Positions 41,029 through 50,450 of a stretch of 64,000 nt of DNA are shown here, one piece after another. The notes below the pieces were generated by a model. That model was not told the origin of the DNA and did no database searches. It saw only the letters and a list, made by a program, of their open reading frames with translations. Where the stretch lies: the NCBI GenBank assembly GCA_963752255.1, contig CAVVXT010000007.1:1-64000 (forward strand), in the 5' to 3' direction. Origin of the DNA: Nitrososphaeria archaeon. Its GTDB lineage: Archaea > Thermoproteota > Nitrososphaeria > JACIWG01. Position 1 is the first letter of the stretch. Each line of letters starts with the position of its first letter. A program made the translations under genes and the position numbers.

Positions 41029-41499
41029 TTAAAAATGGAAGATTAATTTTATTATTTCTTGATAGATAACAATAATTAAGAGTGAAATATAGAATAGTAT
41101 AAGCCAATTTTCAGCTTTTGGAAAAAGTGAGAATTTAAGATAATAATAGATGGGTATAGTCAGAAGGAAACTAATGGAAATAACAATTAGCTGTATAGAC
41201 GCAGGAAGATTAGCAAGGTTAGGTATTTTAAGGATTAATGAGGAAATGAAGATTAATGTATAAATCATTAAAGTGAACCAAGATAATAATTTTAAAAATG
41301 CCTCATTATATGAATAGCTCATAAAATGTCCGAAAGACCAGAAAGAAAAAGAGAAGATTATCATAACTGAATAGATTACGAAACTAATCCAATATTGTTG
41401 ATAATCTTTTAGAAGCCCTATTGAGATAGTAAGTATTATTGTTGTAACCAAAAACAATAATTCAAAAACCTTATCAAACTTCTCAATTGGTTTCGGCAA
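41029..41499 (-). CDS. Hypothetical multi-pass membrane protein (cargo)
   Basis: About five hydrophobic segments; very AT-rich. Confidence 0.7.
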   Translation of the reverse strand: MPKPIEKFDKVFELLFLVTTIILTISIGLLKDYQQYWISFVIYSVMIIFSFSFWSFGHFMSYSYNEAFLKLLSWFTLMIYTLIFISSLILKIPNLANLPASIQLIVISISFLLTIPIYYYLKFSLFPKAENWLILFYISLLIIVIYQEIIKLIFHF

Positions 41500-41550
41500 C
41501 TAAAATCAACATTAAAGTTGATAATCTTATAATCATTTAAACTTTATAGA

Positions 41551-42552
41551 CTAACAAACTTCATTGCCTTGCTTTCGCAAGTAATCCCAATAGCTTGTGT
41601 TTGATACAATCTTCTCAATGGCTTCTTCATCAATGTCTCCATGTTCATCTATTGGCACATGAATTTGTAACTTTGACAATTTTTCTCTGAAACATTTCCT
41701 ACCATAGGAGTAACGCCATATCTGTCGGTTGATGATGTATTGGATAAAAATAAGGGTGCTGGTTTTTAACAGTTTTTTTGGGATGCATACTGCAACATCA
41801 TCTTTAGCTGCAAATCTATAAGGATGATATTTTGTCGTCAATGGACGACCATTATAAGCTATGGTGAGAGTATTAGCGTATATCATATTTTTCGGAACAG
41901 AACAATACTTCACCAAACCATTGCCAGTTTCACCGCAAGAAATCAATGGAATCTTGCCATCAGGCAATTCAGAAGCATTATGATAATCACCACTGTGAAG
42001 TTCAAACACATCCGTGATACCAACATGAGCATACTTTAATTTTGGCTCGGGTATCTCCACCTTGTTAGTTTTGGAAGGTAAAAACTTTTGAATTGTCGCA
42101 TTTTTAAGGACATCTGCGATTTTATCCTGATCAATTTTTCCTTCATTATTTATCGGAAATAAAACGGAAAGTTTCTTGACTTTGTTCATGTAACTTTTTC
42201 TACCATACGAGAACCGCCAACGTTCCCTATTCAAATACGCAATTGTATAAAAAATTGTGGACAACTTTACACCTTCTCTTGGAATACATACCAAAACATT
42301 ATCTTTTGCAGCAAATCTATAAGGATGATAGAAACTTGTTAAAGGTGTACCATCACAAGCAATTGTAACGCAATTCTCATAAGTCTTTGGCAAAGGAATT
42401 TTGAAATATCCTTCTACTCCATGTTCTTCCGTCTTGCATGATATTAACGGTACATCACCTGATTCAAGATGAGAAGAGGCATGATAGTCGCCTGTTTTCA
42501 CTTGAGAAAAAACAGCGTCCACACTAAATCTTGAAAACTTAACTTCACTCAT
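41551..42552 (-). CDS. Restriction-modification specificity subunit (two TRD halves)
   Basis: Internal duplication GDYH...PLISC...YHPYRFAAKD...WRxSYGRK; directly downstream of the N6-methyltransferase. Confidence 0.88.
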   Translation of the reverse strand: MSEVKFSRFSVDAVFSQVKTGDYHASSHLESGDVPLISCKTEEHGVEGYFKIPLPKTYENCVTIACDGTPLTSFYHPYRFAAKDNVLVCIPREGVKLSTIFYTIAYLNRERWRFSYGRKSYMNKVKKLSVLFPINNEGKIDQDKIADVLKNATIQKFLPSKTNKVEIPEPKLKYAHVGITDVFELHSGDYHNASELPDGKIPLISCGETGNGLVKYCSVPKNMIYANTLTIAYNGRPLTTKYHPYRFAAKDDVAVCIPKKLLKTSTLIFIQYIINRQIWRYSYGRKCFREKLSKLQIHVPIDEHGDIDEEAIEKIVSNTSYWDYLRKQGNEVC

Positions 42553-42553
42553 T

Positions 42554-44498
42554 CTAAGCCCCCCCTTCATGTGAAGTGCGAATCAAATAGGCTACAACAT
42601 CTCGCACAGTTTCCTCAACGCCTTTTTGAATATCATTCAGTGTTGGAACATTCTCATCTAAATAAGCCTCTGAAATCAACTCAAGCTCGGTATCATCGAA
42701 ATCAATTTTTGAGATTTTTTGAGACTCTGGAATACTCTCAACTTGAATATGTGGGTTCATGATGAAGGACTGTACCAAACCTTTAACTCTTTCAAGGTCA
42801 GTGGGGACGTTAGGATCGGCTTTGAGATCAGGAAGACGCTTTCCTTTGATTTTCCGATACCCATCATTTGTTATCTTAATCCAGAGAACACCTTGTTCAT
42901 GAGGGTGTGGATAACCCTTTCTGACGATTATGCCAAGAGAGGGCGGTTGTGATTGTGGGTAAAAGAGGTCTTCAGCGAAAGTAATTACAGAGAGAAGCGT
43001 GTTTCCAGCTAACAGATTTGACCTCCATGACTTGTATACACTTCCTTTGACCATTGTAGAACATGGCAATATAGAGAAAAGCAATCCCCCATCTTCCATT
43101 TGTTCTAATGCATGTTCTATGAAATCGAACTCTTTCTCATTACTTTTTTTCAATGCGAAAGGTGGATTCATCAAAACTTTTGTAATTGCCCTTTGTTCAT
43201 TCTTAACATCTCGTGAAACGAACTTTGCGGACGGTTCAGAATTGATGGTTGTAGCCACAATGCCTCGTGCAAAACAGTTGTCATTAATAATATTGTTTTT
43301 TCCATCTCCTCGAAATATCATGTTGGTTATTGCAAGTGTTGCAACACTTGACTGCAAGTCTACACCGAATATTCGATAAAGCCTAAATGCGTCAAGTTGT
43401 GATTGATTTGAGTTATTTTTCACATGATAAAAACTTGATACCAGAAATCCCCCTGTCCCGCATGTCGGATCGTAAATAACATCTTTGTGCGTGATATTCA
43501 AAACATCAGAAGCAAACTCCGTTATATGTCTTGGAGTTAGAACTATGCCCAAATCCTTTGCACCATTTCCGTATTTTAAGAATGCTTCGTAGAATCTACC
43601 TAATACATCAGAACCTGTCCTCATGGCTGCTTTTATGTTAACTTTCCGTAGTATAAAGAAACCTTGCACCAAAGCCTCTTTGAACCTATTCTTGGCATCC
43701 TGCTTTTCTGGCAATTGTATTTCTATATACTTAAAAAAGTCTTCCTTTCCATTCTTTTTTAATACTTCTTTTGCTCGAACGTTAATATCATTCACGAAAA
43801 CATCAGGGTTGTCATTATAATTCGGTTCAGTTTCCCCTAAGAGTGAAAGAAGCATTGTGGCAACTATGGTTGCTCTTTTATCCTTTCTTATTCCTGCCTC
43901 ATGAAATTTTTTGTTAATGTCATCAGCAGCTTTCAGCAATAGGTCGTCAAGAATATCAAATTCCTTTAAGATTGACGTTTTCTCATACATCAACCTCTTA
44001 GCAATCTCAGGAGTGAGAAGGCTCGTTATTTCCTTTCCTTCATATATTATAGGATGAAACTCCTTTTTTTCTTCAACCCAAAAAGCGTTTCTTACAAGAT
44101 ATTTGTCAATGTCATTTCCTGCTATACCAGTAACAATCATTGCCTTCACAAATTTATGATCATTAAGCAATGTGCCATACCATTTCGCTTCGCTGAACGC
44201 TTTTTCTATTTCCTCAAGAGTTGGCTTTGCTTCAATTACCCAAAAGGCATCTTCAGCTAATTTTACTACATATTCAGGGTGCAGTTTTACCCATTTGCTC
44301 GCAATCTCTCTGTTTTGATGACATTCGTTTTGTGTGTATACTTGCCCATTTGGATCTCTGTTAGGGTTGTTAACATTCCATCCTTTGTCTAAGCTCATTC
44401 TTGATGTAAGTGTAGGATTGAAATTCAGAATCTAAAGATTTTCTTCTCTTTTTTATTACTGCATCCTGTCCTTCAAAAGTTTTTTGGGATTCAACCAT
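42554..44498 (-). CDS. Fused restriction endonuclease / N6-adenine methyltransferase (Type IIB BcgI-like), frameshift near 44391
   Basis: PEYVV...VIEAK nuclease-like motif, LTPRHI, YDPTCGTGGFL, MNPPF; upstream frame from ATG 44498 (…DSEFQSYTYIKNEL) shifts into DKGWNV. Confidence 0.85.
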
Positions 44499-44504
44499 AA
44501 CTTT

Positions 44505-44705
44505 TCATCCTTCCCTTAACGGTTCTACTATAATAGCCATTTTTCCGTTTATTACGTTGATTTGCCATTTAAGTTTATCCCCTTCTCTTAAATGAAACTG
44601 TCTCACAAAACCTATGGGAATTGTAGTTCGCAGAGATTTACTTTTTGTGGTTGCTACCGCTATTGTTGTGATTTCTCCTTCTTGGTCTTTTGATTGGTTC
44701 GCCAT
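44505..44705 (-). CDS. AbrB/MazE/SpoVT family DNA-binding protein
   Basis: SKSLRTTIPIGFVRQFHLREGDKLKW. Confidence 0.88.
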   Translation of the reverse strand: MANQSKDQEGEITTIAVATTKSKSLRTTIPIGFVRQFHLREGDKLKWQINVINGKMAIIVEPLREG

Positions 44706-44707
44706 CG

Positions 44708-44814
44708 CTTACCTATGGATAGGTGCCTACCTATAAACTTACCTATTAGATTACCAATAGATTTACCTAAAAATTTATATAGTTAGGTAATCATATAGGT
44801 ATGGCGATAGGTAA
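44708..44814. promoter_or_regulatory. Divergent promoter with symmetric TACC/GGTA operator array
   Basis: TACC at 44710, 44728, 44740, 44752, 44764; GGTA at 44786, 44798, 44810; dyad centred on TTTATATA. Confidence 0.8.
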
Positions 44815-45927
44815 ATGATTAACAATCTGCGTGAACAAAAAGGAAAGGAAATAGCCCAACTTGAAGGGCAAATAAAAAGGATTGACGGTCATTTATACAA
44901 AGTTAACTCCCAAAGTGGTAACGGTGTCTATGATGTTTTCAGCACAGAGTTAGGCTGGAAATGCTCTTGCCTCGACCACCAGTTTCGTGGCGTGAAGTGC
45001 AAGCATATATTCGGGGTTGAGTTCTCACTTGAATTAAGACGAGAGGTCGAAAACTCTATCATAATCAAGCCAGTAAGCATTCAAATATGTCCTGAATGCC
45101 AATCTAATGATATTGTAAAGCATGGTATAAGACACAATGAATCAGTTGACATTCAGAGATACTACTGCAAGGCTTGTGGTAAATGGTTCGTCATTAACTT
45201 AGGATTCGAAAAGATGCACGCCACCCCTCAAATGATAACCTCTGCCATGCAACTCTATTTCACGGGAGAATCATTAAGAAGTGTGCAGAAGTTCTTAAGA
45301 TTACAAGGCGTAAACATATCCCATGTAGCCGTCTATAAGTGGATAAGAAAATATGTAGGTCTAATGGAGAAATATCTTGACCAAATAAAGCCCAACGTTG
45401 GCGATACTTGGAGAGCCGATGAACTTTATGTTAAGATCAAAGGAAATATGAAATATCTCTTTGCACTTATGGACGACGACACACGCTTTTGGATAGCTCA
45501 AGAGGTAGCGGACACAAAATACACCCATGACGCAAGAAGACTATTCCAATTAGGCAAAGAAGCAACTGGAAAGAGACCAGAGACCTTAATCACCGATGGT
45601 CTACCAACTTACCACGACGCATACAAGAAAGAGTTTTACACCAACTATAAGCCGAGAACCGAGCATGTAAAAGAAATTCGTTTAAGCGGGGAAATCCACA
45701 ACAACAAGATGGAGAGGATGAACGGTGAAATCAGGGATAGGGAGAAGGTTATGAGGGGATTAAAGAAGGGCAATACACCAATCCTGAAAGGCTATCAGAT
45801 TTTCCACAACTATCTAAGACCGCATGAGGCGTTAGATGGACAAACCCCTGCTGACAAGTGTGGAATCAAAGTCGAGGGAGATAACAAGTGGATAACATTA
45901 ATACAGAACGCAAGTAAGAATATTTGA
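44815..45927 (+). CDS. IS6-family DDE transposase with N-terminal SWIM and Zn-ribbon domains
   Basis: SWIM CSC...CKH, CPEC...CKAC, HTH (SLRSVQKFL...SHVAVYKWIRKY), WRADE, ITDG, NNKMER. Confidence 0.92.
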   Translation: MINNLREQKGKEIAQLEGQIKRIDGHLYKVNSQSGNGVYDVFSTELGWKCSCLDHQFRGVKCKHIFGVEFSLELRREVENSIIIKPVSIQICPECQSNDIVKHGIRHNESVDIQRYYCKACGKWFVINLGFEKMHATPQMITSAMQLYFTGESLRSVQKFLRLQGVNISHVAVYKWIRKYVGLMEKYLDQIKPNVGDTWRADELYVKIKGNMKYLFALMDDDTRFWIAQEVADTKYTHDARRLFQLGKEATGKRPETLITDGLPTYHDAYKKEFYTNYKPRTEHVKEIRLSGEIHNNKMERMNGEIRDREKVMRGLKKGNTPILKGYQIFHNYLRPHEALDGQTPADKCGIKVEGDNKWITLIQNASKNI

Positions 45928-45984
45928 CAATCCTCTAATTTTTTTATTGTGGACTAAAGTAAAAAAAATTTATATATTAATTTA

Positions 45985-46356
45985 TTGAATTTACAGAAAA
46001 TGGCACTCAGTTCCGATATTATAACTGTGTTTTTACTCTTTCTTTTTATTTTTATTCCTGTTGCGGTGATATTGCTCTCTAATATTATTTATAATAAATT
46101 AGCAAGAACAGAAGAAGAAGTTGCAGTAGATTATACGGGACAGTTGGTTTCTGGGCTTGTAGCAGGTATAATAGTTGCATCTGCAACATCCTTTACAGAA
46201 CTTAGTCAAATGAACCTTAGCTTTGAAGCAAAAATAACAGTTGGTTTAGTAATTGTGGCAATCATTTTTGCTGTTATGACATTTGGATTGTATATATTTA
46301 CCAAAACCAAATCAAAAAATAAAAAACAAGAGCACACGATTTATCAGTATGACTGA
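45985..46356 (+). CDS. Hypothetical three-TM membrane protein (cargo)
   Basis: Three hydrophobic segments and a basic tail. Confidence 0.7.
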   Translation: MNLQKMALSSDIITVFLLFLFIFIPVAVILLSNIIYNKLARTEEEVAVDYTGQLVSGLVAGIIVASATSFTELSQMNLSFEAKITVGLVIVAIIFAVMTFGLYIFTKTKSKNKKQEHTIYQYD

Positions 46357-46475
46357 TATTCATAGGTTGTATAAGATTTACCCTAACCTTTTGAACCATG
46401 CACAACGAACGCAACACCAATATTTTCCTAAATCGCATGCACAATGGATACATAAGAACCGACCAAAGATTTGAG

Positions 46476-46527
46476 CATGAGCCGACGGTTAACACCAAGA
46501 TTGACGAGCCGATAAGTTAACAGAACC
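46476..46527 (-). repeat. Right terminal inverted repeat (52 bp)
   Basis: Exact reverse complement of 40337-40388. Confidence 0.95.
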
Positions 46528-46954
46528 TGGAAACGGACGTTGACAGAAGTTTATCAATGAAGCCAAAACGTCGATCTAGAACAACCGATGTGGAACTATA
46601 AGTGGTTGCAAGGAGTGTTATGAAAATAACAATACCGCAAGCTAAGAAAGAGAAGTAATCAGTTACGCCAAATACATTCGTCATTATGTGCGATTGCAGA
46701 CCACTAAAATATGTGCTTATTTGCAGGAGTTGTTGTTGAGTGGCTGGTGGAGTAATTATTAAAGCAGGAAATTGGCCAGCTGTGAATATTCCGTTTATGT
46801 TTATGCCTTTTCCAAGCAGACCCATCCATATAATAGGCTGGGCAACAGTGAGAACGAATACAACGGGATTTTTGAACCATTTTATGAGTTCACGACCCGT
46901 TAGCGCTCCCAAACCATGTAGGGGATTGTTCGAATCTCTGGCGTTGCCCGTCAT
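46528..46954 (-). pseudogene. ABC-2 (DrrB-like) permease truncated by the transposon end
   Basis: RELIKWFKNP...QPIIW...DRRFGFIDKLLSTSVSR then reads into the TIR and stops. Confidence 0.88.
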
Positions 46955-46957
46955 ACA

Positions 46958-47879
46958 TCATCGCATCCTTCTTCCTTCTGCTCTTTGCATAGTCTCCCTT
47001 TGCCGAAAAACCGTAACTTTAGATCCTTCCTCTTCCCGCAAACTCTTGCCCGTGAACTCAATGTAAACTTCATCCAGCGTGGGTTTCGCCAATGAAAACC
47101 TTGCCACCTTATATCCTTCCGTTCTCACTGCATCTATTATGTCTGGAGCAGCTTCCTCTCCGTCTTCTACCTTTATCCTATAAGTGCTATCCTGCCTTTT
47201 CACTTCCTTAACTCTTGGAACTCTTTCAATTATGCCAGAAATATCTGTGGCATCTTGGATGCTTAACATTATAATGTCTCCGCCGAGACCTTTTTTCAAA
47301 TCATTTGGAGTGCCAATGGTAACTATTTTTCCATGGTCAATGATGGCAATACGGTCGCAGATCGAGTCAGCCTCTTCCATATAATGCGTTGTCAGAAATA
47401 GAGTCATTAAAAATTCTTTTTTCAACGTTTTGAGGTAATTCCAAGTGGCTGCTCTTGTTTGGACATCTAATCCCAAGGTGGGTTCGTCTAGAAAGAGCAC
47501 TTTAGGGCTGTTAATTAAACTGCAAACAACTTCTAACCTTCTGCGCATTCCTCTCGAGTAAGTTTGAACTTCTTTGTCTTTGAATGCGGTTAACTCAACT
47601 AGGTTCAAGAGTTCCAAGGCACGTTTCTTCGAAATATCCTTTGGAACTCCGTAAAGGGCTGCGCATAACAATATGTTCTGATAGCCTGTTAGATCTTCGT
47701 CGGCAGTATATTCCTGTGGCAACATACCGATCGAGTTCTTGACGCTTGAATTCTGTTTGGCAACATCTTTGCCAAGTATCAAGGCCCTACCTTCTGTTGG
47801 CTTTAGTATTGTGGTGAGCATTTTGATAGTTGTTGTTTTTCCAGCACCATTTGGCCCTAAAAAACCAAAATTCTCGCCT
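46958..47879 (-). pseudogene. ABC transporter ATP-binding protein (DrrA-like) lacking its N-terminus
   Basis: Homology begins at GENFGFLGPNGAGKTT; signature altered to YSRGMRRR; DEPTLGLD. Confidence 0.8.
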
Positions 47880-48074
47880 GATTCGCCGCTTAATGCTTTG
47901 ACTGAAAAGCAAAGACGAGTCCTCATTACGGCGTACAAGTTAGGGTATTATGACTTGCCAAGAAAAATCAGTTCTGAACAATTATCAAGAAAACTCAACC
48001 TTCACAAATCCGCTTTGGCGACGCACCGCAGAAAAGCAGAACTACGCATACTCACTCAGATGCTAAAAGAATAA
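47880..48074 (+). pseudogene. C-terminal HTH (bacterio-opsin activator type, HTH_10) regulator fragment
   Basis: LTEKQRRVLITAYKLGYYDLPRKISSEQLSRKLNLHKSALATHRRKAE, with no N-terminal domain or start of its own. Confidence 0.85.
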
Positions 48075-48169
48075 TGCCGAGGTAGCCACTTGACCAATCA
48101 AAGGGATTTCCCGCATTTTCTCTTAGAAATAACTAATGGAAAAAGGACTTAAACCCTTTTGGGTATAGG

Positions 48170-48253
48170 TCCCACCGAACTTGAACCTAATTGCCCTTCT
48201 AATAATTTACCAGTAGATTTATGCCGAAATCCCACCCCCCACACTAATAGACC
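48170..48253 (+). repeat. att-like relic: conserved flank, 18-bp box and tRNA-Leu(GAG) 3' end copy
   Basis: 48170-48220 aligns in reverse with 38294-38344; aatcccaccccccacactaat matches the tRNA-Leu(GAG) 3' end plus its flank. Confidence 0.75.
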
Positions 48254-48471
48254 GAACACGCGATCTCATCTTCAATTAAAACTTTTAGAAAGGTGAATCC
48301 ACACTTTTCGTAGAGTTTCTGCAGTGTTTGAGTTCTTGCAGGACTTTCCACAGACGTTTATTCCAGATAGATGGAAAGGTGATATTTAGGGTTTATTGTC
48401 TCAATCAGTCAAAAGATTACTTCATCCGTCTAATAAAAGGTTAAAAATGTACAAACAATTATAAATTTTAA

Positions 48472-49557
48472 ATGGCAAAAAACATCAAATGGATAGGAAT
48501 CATCATAGGTTTGATCTTAATTGGAATGATACTAGGGATTTCACTTTTCCAAAATGTTACAACGACTTCGCCTTCCACAGTAACATCAACAACCACAGAA
48601 CATTCCACTTATACATCGACCTTTACAACTACATTTCTAACTATGTCGGCAATAACATCGACTCAGACTTTAACTACGACACTGCCAGTAACCATTACAG
48701 CAACTTCTCCGCAATATACTACAGTTACGACAACAGCAACTTCAGTTCAGCCTTCGGGCGAAGTTGTTGGCGTCTATTTTTCCCCCAACGGTGGCTGTGC
48801 GGATAAGGTAGCATATTGGATAAGCCGAGCAAATTCTTCCATACACGTTCTGATATATAGTTTTACGCTCACAAATATCGGTGATTCGTTGATACAGGCA
48901 AAGAATAAGGGTGTAGACGTTAAAGTTGTCTTTGAAAAGAGTCAGGTCAGTCAGGACTCTCAGTATTTCAGGCTCGCAAACGCAGGCTTGGATGTAAGAA
49001 ATGACACTAACCCAGACCTAATGCACAATAAGGTCGCGATAATAGACGGATACATCATAATAACGGGGAGCTTCAACTGGTCCAGTGCTGCAGAGAGTGA
49101 CAACAACGAAAACATGATCATCATAAACAGCAGCAACCTTGCGGTCAGATATGAGGCAGTGTTCCAGCAGATCTGGAGCCTTAGCATATCTACATCAAGT
49201 CAGACCACTAAAACCTCTACAACACTGCCCAGTGCAGTCACCATCTACGAAGCACATTATGATGCTGCAGGAGACGACTGGAACAACTTAAACGATGAAT
49301 ACATTATAATTAAGAACTTTGGAAATGCTGTTGTATCTTTGACAGGATGGCAGCTTGTAGATTCGATTGGGCATACTTTCACATTCCCAGAGTTCTCCTT
49401 GTATCCTGGAGGTACTGTAACTGTTTACACTGGCTCCGGCATGAACACGGTGACTGCGCTTTACTGGGGGTCGGCAAGTCCGATATGGAACAACGACCAT
49501 GATACAGCGTACCTTTACGACCAAAATAGGAACTTGATCGATAAGAAGATCTGGTAA
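48472..49557 (+). CDS. Membrane-anchored PLD-family (Nuc-like) nuclease with Thr-rich linker and lamin tail domain
   Basis: VYFSPNGG, single HKD (HNKVAIID...TGSFN), C-terminal DEYIIIKN...LTGWQL...IWNNDHDTAYL. Confidence 0.88.
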   Translation: MAKNIKWIGIIIGLILIGMILGISLFQNVTTTSPSTVTSTTTEHSTYTSTFTTTFLTMSAITSTQTLTTTLPVTITATSPQYTTVTTTATSVQPSGEVVGVYFSPNGGCADKVAYWISRANSSIHVLIYSFTLTNIGDSLIQAKNKGVDVKVVFEKSQVSQDSQYFRLANAGLDVRNDTNPDLMHNKVAIIDGYIIITGSFNWSSAAESDNNENMIIINSSNLAVRYEAVFQQIWSLSISTSSQTTKTSTTLPSAVTIYEAHYDAAGDDWNNLNDEYIIIKNFGNAVVSLTGWQLVDSIGHTFTFPEFSLYPGGTVTVYTGSGMNTVTALYWGSASPIWNNDHDTAYLYDQNRNLIDKKIW

Positions 49558-50023
49558 CTCAAAATTTCTCTTACTCAATAATGATTAATGTAGTATAAAG
49601 TATCAATACGCTGCATAAAGAGAGTTAAACTAAAATTTCAGAATCAATTGTCGAGTTTAATTTATGTTAGCCTTTTTTTGTTCTATCTCCAAAAATGCTT
49701 TATATCATAATAATCATTTGATTTCCATCAACTTTTTTTCTAAAGTCTGACTTTTCTGTGTCTTGTGTAGTCTAATATCAGTGCACCAATAATAGCCAGC
49801 GTCCCAACGACAGAAAGTGGGAGAAGAAGAATTGGAAGATTTCCTGACTCTGGCAATCCCTGTTGCCCGTTTCTAAGCGTGTAGCTGGAAACTGGTGTAC
49901 TTGTGCCCTGTTCGTAAAGTGTTGAAAGCTTCCTGAGTTTGAAAAGACATCATGAAGCCCTTATATCCAGTTAAATAGAGAGCTTTTATTCTCAAGTGCT
50001 CAAATAATTTAGAAAAGTTGCTT

Positions 50024-50323
50024 CTAAAGAAAACGTGCTTTCTTTAACTCTCCGTTGACTTTGTTAAATTCTTTGAAGGTGTCTTTTAGTGAAATCGGCG
50101 CCTTTCTCTGCATATATTTACCTGAAATAAAAAGGGCCCATCCAACCGCATCTGATATTGTCGGATCGGGCAACGCTACCAAAGCGATGCCGAAGTTAGA
50201 AATTTTTTTGCCAACATTTGTTGAATGAGTAATGTTATACACTCTGGGCTTTAGAGAATTCGAGTCTATACAAGAACCTGTTTTTTTTAAAAAAGAATAA
50301 TGTTCATCATATTCAGTAGACAC
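50024..50323 (-). CDS. Hypothetical archaeal protein
   Basis: Hydrophobic core GIALVALPDPTISDAVGWAL. Confidence 0.6.
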   Translation of the reverse strand: MSTEYDEHYSFLKKTGSCIDSNSLKPRVYNITHSTNVGKKISNFGIALVALPDPTISDAVGWALFISGKYMQRKAPISLKDTFKEFNKVNGELKKARFL

Positions 50324-50450
50324 TTTTTATTTCGTCAACTTTATTTGAATGTTTATTCATTGCTGTTTCTGACTTGTTGGTCTGCTAATTAAATCACTAA
50401 AGGTGCCAAAAATATGGTTCAAAGTTAAAAAATTTTTACCAGTAAAAAAG

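Larger units (their letters stand above)
40337..46527. mobile_element. IS6-family unit transposon carrying RM and membrane-protein cargo (6191 bp)
   Basis: Perfect 52-bp terminal inverted repeats starting GGTTCTGT; one internal DDE transposase; the right end truncates an ABC permease. Confidence 0.92.

Noticed and set aside
47739-47938. True antisense overlap between ORFs 46958-47938 and 47739-48074
   Set aside because: An artefact of the deletion junction; each ORF's N-terminus is just the other gene's antisense strand.
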